Shown here in pieces: positions 52,068-58,150 of a stretch of 58,150 nucleotides of DNA. The stretch covers positions 1 through 58,150 of IMG/VR virus record IMGVR_UViG_3300012940_000001. The stretch is one strand, 5' to 3'. Origin of the DNA: a virus (lineage: Duplodnaviria; Caudoviricetes). Each line of letters starts with the position of its first letter. Within the stretch, counting starts at the first letter, position 1. Under the pieces are notes generated by a model. It saw only the letters and a program-made list of their open reading frames with translations, ran no database searches and had not been told where the DNA came from. The translations under genes were made by a program, and so were the position numbers.

Positions 52068-52246
52068 TACTGTCCCATCGCGAGGCGTACGAGGAAGACC
52101 CCGAGGGGTACGAACAGGGCGAGGACCGGGACCGCCAGCAGGAACGCGAACATCCATGCCATGCGCTGGTTGTGGCGCTGTTTCTCCAGTGCGGCCTGGG
52201 CCTGGATCGCTTCGGCGTCAAGCGGCGGGGGCGTGTTCTGCTTCAT
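52067..52246 (-). CDS. Small membrane protein
   Basis: GGAG RBS, C-terminal TM. Confidence 0.55.
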   Translation of the reverse strand: MKQNTPPPLDAEAIQAQAALEKQRHNQRMAWMFAFLLAVPVLALFVPLGVFLVRLAMGQ

Positions 52247-52412
52247 ACTGCTCCATCGTGAACTTGGTTTCGGTGCCGATGCCGCCATACCATGCGGCGT
52301 GTTCCTCGTTGGCGATGACCCAGCGGCAGTCGCGACACAGGGTACGTCCCGATTTTCCGCTTCTGACGACTCCGCACCTGGGGCACGTCATCGTCTCCTG
52401 GTACTTCTGCAT
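52218..52412 (-). CDS. Small zinc-finger protein
   Basis: CPRC...CRDC. Confidence 0.55.
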   Translation of the reverse strand: MQKYQETMTCPRCGVVRSGKSGRTLCRDCRWVIANEEHAAWYGGIGTETKFTMEQYEAEHAPAA

Positions 52413-52414
52413 GT

Positions 52415-52594
52415 CTACCGTCCGAACAACTGGTCGCGGGCCACTTTGCGTGCCAGTATCCCGGCGCACTGGTCGGCCCTGTCTGCTGATAGGTGCCGGT
52501 GTCCGCAGACGCGGTGCTGTCCATTCCCGATCCTGAACCTTCCGGTCCAGCGTTCGCCTTCGGGGTCCAGGGGGATCGCCTCGTATTCGATCAA
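52415..52594 (-). CDS. 59-aa hypothetical protein (CGHRH..A..C)
   Basis: GGAGGA RBS and TTG start; fills gap; read directly. Confidence 0.5.
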   Translation of the reverse strand: MIEYEAIPLDPEGERWTGRFRIGNGQHRVCGHRHLSADRADQCAGILARKVARDQLFGR

Positions 52595-52600
52595 GGGTGG

Positions 52601-53080
52601 TCAGGTCCTCCCGTTCGCGTAGTCGATGAGTCGCTGGATGGACGTGCTGGTGCTGTCGGAGAGACCGATGCCCCATGTGTCGAGCCAGTCTTGTGTGGTT
52701 TGTGCGGCTTCGAGAGTCTCCCGGTCGGCTTTGTGCACGACACCGTGAGGTTCGGTCTCGCGACCGTTGACGTACTCCGGTCGCACGTAGACCTTGCACC
52801 CGCCGCGCCTCTCCTTGAGGCGAGCGAGTTTCCCGGCCTTGTGCAGGACGCTCAGCGATCCGCTGACCGAGCCGTGATGCACCTTGCCGCTGGACTCGCG
52901 TAGTTCGGCGACGGTCACGCCGTGCTCCTTCGCACGTTCCGCCATGATGAGCACGTACCGCTGGCGGATGCTGGCGGTCCCCTCGACCACATCGCGGTGT
53001 GCGCGTTCTTCGCTTGTGTCGGACCCGGCGTACCCTTCGGTTCCGTTGTAGGGGAGTTCTGCGTCACTCACCACGTTCAC
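52601..53080 (-). CDS. Winged-HTH-like protein
   Basis: GVTVAEL..HHGSVSGSLSVLHKAG..CKVYV. Confidence 0.7.
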   Translation of the reverse strand: MNVVSDAELPYNGTEGYAGSDTSEERAHRDVVEGTASIRQRYVLIMAERAKEHGVTVAELRESSGKVHHGSVSGSLSVLHKAGKLARLKERRGGCKVYVRPEYVNGRETEPHGVVHKADRETLEAAQTTQDWLDTWGIGLSDSTSTSIQRLIDYANGRT

Positions 53081-53246
53081 CCTCTCTCCACCCGTCGCTG
53101 TAACCCTGCCGGTACCCGACCTTGAGCGCGTCGATCAGCATGCCCCTGAGGCGGCTAATGGTCATTTCGCCGAAGCCCTGGAGGCGGTCGACGTTCTGCT
53201 CGCGCATCATCGTTTCGGCGATCCTCGTCGCCGCTTCGTCATTCAC
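53064..53246 (-). CDS. Hypothetical protein
   Basis: Overlapping packed ORF. Confidence 0.55.
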   Translation of the reverse strand: MNDEAATRIAETMMREQNVDRLQGFGEMTISRLRGMLIDALKVGYRQGYSDGWREGERGE

Positions 53247-53544
53247 CGTGGAACTCTTCCTCGTCGTATGGCATCGGGTGCTCGAACTGGCCGTCGATGA
53301 TCGCGAGCAGGTCGGATGCGTCGACCATGCCGTCGCTGTCGTCCTTGTTGGCTTTGATGTACGCCTTGAGGACGGCGAGGGTGGCGTCGGCTCCGAACGG
53401 GTTGTAGTCGTCGTCGGTGGGTGACACGGCGATGACGTATGGCTGTTCCCCGGGAGGGGCCGTGAGCGCGGTCAGTGCTTCGATTGTCGCGTAGCCGCGG
53501 AGTTCGGTTTCATCGCCACGGATGGTTACCCGGAAGCGTGTCAT
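53239..53544 (-). CDS. Hypothetical protein
   Basis: GAAAGGAACGACC RBS. Confidence 0.65.
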   Translation of the reverse strand: MTRFRVTIRGDETELRGYATIEALTALTAPPGEQPYVIAVSPTDDDYNPFGADATLAVLKAYIKANKDDSDGMVDASDLLAIIDGQFEHPMPYDEEEFHGE

Positions 53545-53600
53545 GGTCGTTCCTTTCTGTACCCACAATACTCCTGTGTGGATGGGTAGTCCAATCGGTG

Positions 53601-53615
53601 GAAAGTACTACTTTC
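53601..53615. promoter_or_regulatory. 15-bp palindrome copy
   Basis: GAAAGTACTACTTTC intergenic. Confidence 0.8.
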
Positions 53616-53759
53616 CCGAAGGTGGGGGTCGGGGTGTGTGGCGACCTCACTTGGGCACACCCCGACCCCCGTCTCACGCGGAGCACCAACTAACCTCCGC
53701 GGACCCCACCTGCACCGCAGAGAACAGGTGGGGTCACCGCCCCTGGGGGAGGCGGGAGT

Positions 53760-53897
53760 CTACTGATCCTCCGTCCTCTCAGCCTGCTCGCGCTCTTTCT
53801 GGCGACGGTCATGCCACCAGGCGACCGACCAGCCAGCGAGAAGGGACGCGAACGTCCCGAGCATGACCAGGACCAGGATGACTCTGTTGACGATCAC
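53760..53897 (-). CDS. Small membrane protein
   Basis: GTGA overlap, single TM. Confidence 0.55.
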   Translation of the reverse strand: MIVNRVILVLVMLGTFASLLAGWSVAWWHDRRQKEREQAERTEDQ

Positions 53898-54226
53898 TGG
53901 TCTATCCCCTCCCCGAACTTCATGTACTCGTCGAGCGGGGCACCCGCCGTGTTGAACCACTCGACCGGCTTCATGCCAGTACGTGCGGCGACGATGACCG
54001 ACAGGAGTGTGGCGATGCACTCGGCCGCTTTGTCCTTGTTGTCCGCGACGGTCATGATCATGTTGAGCATTTCGTCGGTGGCCGTCTTGGACGCATCGCT
54101 TCCAGGCTCGGCGACTTCGGCCATGGTCGCGATGTTGATCAGGCCACGCATGGCTTTGATCAGCACCCCAAACTTCTCGGCCCACTCGGGGTCCGCCTTG
54201 CGGAGCATGTCCAGCATGGTGTTCAC
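53894..54226 (-). CDS. Hypothetical protein, paralog of 54223-54546
   Basis: Shared R.G..P.EWF..AG.PL ending. Confidence 0.65.
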   Translation of the reverse strand: MNTMLDMLRKADPEWAEKFGVLIKAMRGLINIATMAEVAEPGSDASKTATDEMLNMIMTVADNKDKAAECIATLLSVIVAARTGMKPVEWFNTAGAPLDEYMKFGEGIDQ

Positions 54227-54546
54227 TCGTCCAGCCCTTCCTGGGTCATCAGGGGAAGTCCCGCTTCCTCGAACCATTCCGCCGGGGTGATCCCGACACG
54301 CCCACCGACGACGATGGTCAACAGACCCATCAGGATTTGCTCGGCTTTGTCGAAGTCGGCGTGACGCAGGTCGTTGAGCATCCCACTCAGCGCCTCCAGC
54401 GCTCCCTCTTCGTCAGAGGACCCGGTGTCCGAGAGGACCCACACGGTTCCCACGGTTACCAGTGCACGAAGCCCGTACAGGAGGCGTTTGAACGACTCGG
54501 CGTTCTCGTCGCCGAAGTACTCCCGGAGTTCGTCGAACGCGGTCAT
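54223..54546 (-). CDS. Hypothetical protein, paralog of 53894-54226
   Basis: ATGA overlap; shared motif. Confidence 0.7.
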   Translation of the reverse strand: MTAFDELREYFGDENAESFKRLLYGLRALVTVGTVWVLSDTGSSDEEGALEALSGMLNDLRHADFDKAEQILMGLLTIVVGGRVGITPAEWFEEAGLPLMTQEGLDE

Positions 54547-54884
54547 TTCCCCACCCCCAACCAGATCGCGGCGATCCAGAGCAGACAGGACACGCTGACG
54601 ATGCCGATGCTGATGATGAGCGCGAACCTGGCGATCCGCTTGTGGTAGTCGGACCTGTCCCAGGAGTACTCCCAGTCGATGCTGAGGTAGAGCCAGACGA
54701 CGAACGTGATGATCGCGGGGATGAGCAACACGGAACCGGTCATACCGAGAGCGGTGCTGGCGCTCATCGGTTCGGACGACACGACGACGTTGCCGTCAAC
54801 GGTGTAGGCCTTGGCGCACCCGGCGAGGGCGACGGCCAGAGCCGCCACCCCCACCAGGGAGAGGATTCCTTTAGCGGTACGCAT
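54543..54884 (-). CDS. Putative lipoprotein with two TM helices
   Basis: Lipobox LAGC after hydrophobic leader. Confidence 0.65.
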   Translation of the reverse strand: MRTAKGILSLVGVAALAVALAGCAKAYTVDGNVVVSSEPMSASTALGMTGSVLLIPAIITFVVWLYLSIDWEYSWDRSDYHKRIARFALIISIGIVSVSCLLWIAAIWLGVGK

Positions 54885-55149
54885 GAGTCCGCTTCTCCCC
54901 TGCCCGCTCAGGACCGCCGCCCTTGTCGGCCTTGGCGACCTTCCCGGTCTTGATGTGCACCAGCCGGGGCGCGTCGAACGTGAGTTCACGCACGTCCTTG
55001 CGCTCCGCGTCGTACGCCTCGATCGTGACCCGCTCGCACGCATGCTGGTAGAAGTGGATCGACGTGGCGACACCCTCGTACCCGGTCTGCTCGTCGCGGT
55101 ACCGGTCACCGAGAACAACGTCGCTCTTGTAGTCCTTCTTGCCCATCAC
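54871..55149 (-). CDS. Small SH3-like hypothetical protein
   Basis: LGDRYRD..TGYEGV.T. Confidence 0.65.
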   Translation of the reverse strand: MMGKKDYKSDVVLGDRYRDEQTGYEGVATSIHFYQHACERVTIEAYDAERKDVRELTFDAPRLVHIKTGKVAKADKGGGPERAGEKRTHAYR

Positions 55150-56051
55150 TGCACTCCTGCCGGAATCTGGCCGAGAGCCGTGAAGCCCTCAGGCACGACG
55201 ATCAGGTTCGCCCCTTCGAGCACGTCGAAGTACCTCTGCTGGAGGACCTGCGGCGTGAGCGACTCGGACAGGATGCGGTTGGCCTCGGCCTCGGCGGTCG
55301 CCACAGCGATCTTCTGCTGGGCGTCGATCTTCGCCTTCTCCAGGTCCGCCTCAGCCTTGACGACCTCGGTCTGCGCGTTCTGCGCTTCCTCGAACCGGTT
55401 CTTCACCGCGTCGCTGTAGCGAATCTCCTGGATGGACACGTCCTCGATCACGACACCCTTGTCAGCCCACTCGGCTTCGAGTGCGTCACGGATCGCGTTC
55501 GCGACGGTGGGCCGGTCGGTGAGCATCTGGATCGTGGTGAACCGGCCGGGAATGTCGCGCGGGACGGAGCGAATGTCCTGCTCGATGACCTTCGTGCGGA
55601 AGTCGTCCTGGTTGCGGTAGTCCTCGACGAGTTCTTCCACTTTGTCGACGCGGATGGAGTACAGGACAACGAGGTCCATGTTGGCGGTCACGCCGTCCTT
55701 GTCCGTGAAGGTGATCTGCGGCCCGTTGGTGGGGGAGCCGTTGTAGGACTGGTTCCCGTCGCCGAGGAACACAGCCAACTGGTTGCGTACGTCGAAGTCG
55801 ATCGCGTCGACCCACGGGTCCTTCCAGTGTGCGCCGGTTCCGGCTTCGGACCCCTGGATGACGCCGGTCCAGTCCTTGAGGACCTTCGCTTCGCCGGGGT
55901 CGACGGTGTAGTAGGTCGCGAACACGAGGAAGATGAACCCGATGATCGCGGAGCCGATCGCGCCGAGGATTCCCCAGGGTGCGCGGAGGATGAGCGCGAC
56001 GGAGAGCACGATCAGCGCGATCACCCAGAAGATGATTGCCATGACGAACAT
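55146..56051 (-). CDS. SPFH / Band 7 / prohibitin-family membrane protein
   Basis: N-terminal TMs, VDPGEAKV, GVVIEDVSI, AEAEANRIL..SLT. Confidence 0.9.
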   Translation of the reverse strand: MFVMAIIFWVIALIVLSVALILRAPWGILGAIGSAIIGFIFLVFATYYTVDPGEAKVLKDWTGVIQGSEAGTGAHWKDPWVDAIDFDVRNQLAVFLGDGNQSYNGSPTNGPQITFTDKDGVTANMDLVVLYSIRVDKVEELVEDYRNQDDFRTKVIEQDIRSVPRDIPGRFTTIQMLTDRPTVANAIRDALEAEWADKGVVIEDVSIQEIRYSDAVKNRFEEAQNAQTEVVKAEADLEKAKIDAQQKIAVATAEAEANRILSESLTPQVLQQRYFDVLEGANLIVVPEGFTALGQIPAGVQ

Positions 56052-56099
56052 GGTTTGGTTGTTCCTTTCGCTTGCGTTGTGTTGGTGCCGACGACTGCC

Positions 56100-56300
56100 T
56101 TAGGCGTCGGGTTTCCCCGTGTTGCTGGGGAAGCGTGTCCACAGGTCTGCCTCTGTGCTCACCACTTCGTCGTCCTTGTGGGTGATGAGCGCGGCGGCCT
56201 GTTCGAGGGTGCGGAACGGGCCGTGGATTTGCCCGGTGTGACGGAGGAACCAGAAAAGTGTTACTTTCCAGCGGCCCTTGCGCCAGGCAACATCACTCAT
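56100..56300 (-). CDS. Small hypothetical protein
   Basis: AAAGGAACAACC RBS. Confidence 0.6.
   Translation of the reverse strand: MSDVAWRKGRWKVTLFWFLRHTGQIHGPFRTLEQAAALITHKDDEVVSTEADLWTRFPSNTGKPDA
56254..56268. promoter_or_regulatory. Variant palindrome inside CDS
   Basis: AAAAGTGTTACTTTC, same core as 20148 variant. Confidence 0.5.
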
Positions 56301-56363
56301 GGTTGTTCCTTTGGTGTGTGGGGTGGGAGGGGGCGGCCCCCACACGAACCGCCCCCTGGTTGG

Positions 56364-56984
56364 TTACGCGATGAGCGCGTATTCCTTCTGTGTGGGCACG
56401 GTCGTGAAGAGGCTGGCGGTGACAGGCGTGTTCTTCTCGACCTGGATGGGCGGGATGTTGTACGTCATGTAGCCGCTCATGCCAGCCGTCGCGTTCTTGA
56501 GCGCGACCGAGAGGCCGTCCACTGCCTTCGCCATGTCTTTCGCCGCGCTCTCAAGCCGCTTCGCCGCCTCCCGCGACTGGTCCTCTGCGCGGACAGCCAG
56601 GACTTGCTGGATGACCTTGGTGACCGGAGCGCTGTTGATGACCATGCACCCGCACGGGCACAGGTCCTGGGCGACAGCGGACGCGGGGAGTTCGAGGATG
56701 AGGTCGACGGCCATGAGGACGTACTTCCACTCGACGCGCGCGTCATTGAGTTTCTGGGCGATACGGAACGCGTTCCCCATTTCCGGGGACACGGGACCCA
56801 TGACCAGGTGTGCCGCGGTGCCTTCGGCGGGTACGGCGAGGCCCATGTGCTCGCAGAGGGCACCGAGGAAGCATTCGCCCTTACCGGTCACGGGGTTGGA
56901 GTACCGGCCGTACGACCTGTGGCCGTCGCCCTTCTCCTGGACGAGGGTGCCCATCGCTTCCCTGATCTGTTCGTTCGTGAACAC
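56364..56984 (-). CDS. Hypothetical protein
   Basis: GAAAGGAACAACC RBS; Y...CFLG..AQKLND...W. Confidence 0.7.
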   Translation of the reverse strand: MFTNEQIREAMGTLVQEKGDGHRSYGRYSNPVTGKGECFLGALCEHMGLAVPAEGTAAHLVMGPVSPEMGNAFRIAQKLNDARVEWKYVLMAVDLILELPASAVAQDLCPCGCMVINSAPVTKVIQQVLAVRAEDQSREAAKRLESAAKDMAKAVDGLSVALKNATAGMSGYMTYNIPPIQVEKNTPVTASLFTTVPTQKEYALIA

Positions 56985-56996
56985 TGGTTGTTCCTT

Positions 56997-57122
56997 TCAG
57001 TTGGTTGCTGTCGAGAGGATCAGGGCGACAGCGGTCCCTGTGGTCACGAGGATGATGAGTCCTGTGTAGACGACGAGCGGCCAGAACCAGGGGTTGTCTC
57101 GCCACCGTTTAGAGGTCGTCAT
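56997..57122 (-). CDS. 41-aa membrane peptide
   Basis: GGAG RBS; MTTSKRWRDNPWFWPLVVYTGLIILV; read directly. Confidence 0.55.
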   Translation of the reverse strand: MTTSKRWRDNPWFWPLVVYTGLIILVTTGTAVALILSTATN

Positions 57123-57501
57123 CGAGTTCTCCGTTCCTGATGCGTTCGGCTTCCCGCTTGAGCCATTCCCTGATGGGGAGCGGCTTGGGGCGGCCTCGGT
57201 GGTAGTGCTCCCTGTCGTCGTAGACGCGGACGCCGCTGGTCCCGGATGTGAGGACAGCCTCGTCCAGGAGTCGTGCGATCCGGTTCGCGACGACGTGGGT
57301 GAGCACTTCGTTCGTCTGTTCGGTCTCGAAGTGGTGCAGTTCCCGCTGATGCATTTCGGTTGTCAGCCGGTTGATCAGCGCTTCCGCGTCGTCGAGCAGT
57401 CCGCGTGTGGTTGGTGAGCAGATGCCGCTGTTCCGCATGTAGTTGAACCGGGCGATGAGCGCTTCCCGTTCGTCAGGCACATGTGCACGAGTCTCAGCCA
57501 C
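57109..57501 (-). CDS. Hypothetical protein
   Basis: CAGGAG RBS before GTG. Confidence 0.6.
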   Translation of the reverse strand: MAETRAHVPDEREALIARFNYMRNSGICSPTTRGLLDDAEALINRLTTEMHQRELHHFETEQTNEVLTHVVANRIARLLDEAVLTSGTSGVRVYDDREHYHRGRPKPLPIREWLKREAERIRNGELDDDL

Positions 57502-57670
57502 GGTCGCTCTCCTGTTCGGTCGGGAGCGTGCCCCCATCGGCAGGGCAGCACTCGTGGTCACCATCGTGATCCAGCGGGAGTTTGCACACGTGCGGGCACG
57601 TCGGGTGCTCAGCAGGCCAGTCGAACCAGCACCGGGCGTCAGGGTTCTTCTCGCGACGCGACCGGCTCAT
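57494..57670 (-). CDS. Small Cys/His protein (C.LPLDHDGDH)
   Basis: CAGGAG RBS, ATGA overlap. Confidence 0.6.
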   Translation of the reverse strand: MSRSRREKNPDARCWFDWPAEHPTCPHVCKLPLDHDGDHECCPADGGTLPTEQESDRG

Positions 57671-58150
57671 CGCTCGCTCTCCTGTTCGGTCGATCTGTGA
57701 GCGTCGTGCTCGTCGATCATCCGCAGGGTGCGACAGTCGCATGAGCCGTTGAACTCACTGTCGGTGAGCGAGATGCACCGCGGATCGTGCTCCTGTTCGG
57801 TAGGAGACGGAACGGCGGAACGGGCACGCTCAGCAGCCTCAAGCCACCGGGAGTGGTAGCAGGACGGGCACAAGATGCCGTCGTCCGGCATGAGCGCGTT
57901 CCAGTCGTCGTTGTTGGCCCACCACACGGGGTTTCGTCTTCCGCACGCCTGGCATCGGGTGTCGCCGTCTTCGGGACGCCACGGCTGGGCGTCGGTGATC
58001 GGCCCCTGTCGGCGGTTGCGCCACACGTCCGAAGCGATGATGGCGTCAGCGCGCTCCAAGAACCGACCCCACAACTGCCAGTCGTGCGGCGTCGCGTTAC
58101 TCAGTTCGCGCGGGTCGTAGCCCAGGATCAGGCGCGCCAGCGCCTCGCGC
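57667..58150 (-). CDS. 3' part of junction-spanning hypothetical protein with CxxC motifs
   Basis: CQAC...LCPSC; continues frame from position 243. Confidence 0.75.
   Translation of the reverse strand, partial: REALARLILGYDPRELSNATPHDWQLWGRFLERADAIIASDVWRNRRQGPITDAQPWRPEDGDTRCQACGRRNPVWWANNDDWNALMPDDGILCPSCYHSRWLEAAERARSAVPSPTEQEHDPRCISLTDSEFNGSCDCRTLRMIDEHDAHRSTEQESER
58054..58150. repeat. Terminal overlap identical to 1-97
   Basis: Exact 97-nt match. Confidence 0.95.

Noticed and set aside
53620-53760. tRNA-like structure in intergenic hairpins
   Set aside because: Two simple GC hairpins; no T-loop or cloverleaf

Overview
The window is an apparently complete, circularly permuted 58,053-bp genome of a GC-rich tailed phage (siphovirus-type morphogenesis genes) of an actinobacterium, plausibly Microbacteriaceae. 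Bases 1-97 repeat at 58054-58150, and one gene reads through that junction. A rightward arm (about 20.8-51.6 kb) carries terminase, portal, MuF-protease fusion, separate hexamer- and pentamer-type capsid proteins, tail genes and lysis genes. A leftward arm (51.6 kb through the junction to 20.1 kb) carries Cas4-like exonuclease, Rad52-like annealase, resolvase, SSB, primase-helicase with an adjacent iteron cluster, AAA+ ATPase, SPFH protein and many small orphans. I recognised no DNA polymerase, integrase, tRNA or CRISPR array. The most unusual signals are: (1) an unbroken chain of long RNA stalks in the first early transcript, in which whole genes are looped out between complementary 5' and 3' arms; (2) about 27 copies of a 15-bp palindrome GAAAGTA(G/C)TACTTTC in leaders, promoter-like sites and even coding sequence; (3) a beta-propeller phytase domain inside a structural-region protein; (4) a phage-encoded, signal-peptide plus LAXTG sortase-type cell-wall protein. 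All calls come from reading the sequence by eye; no searches or folding programs were run.
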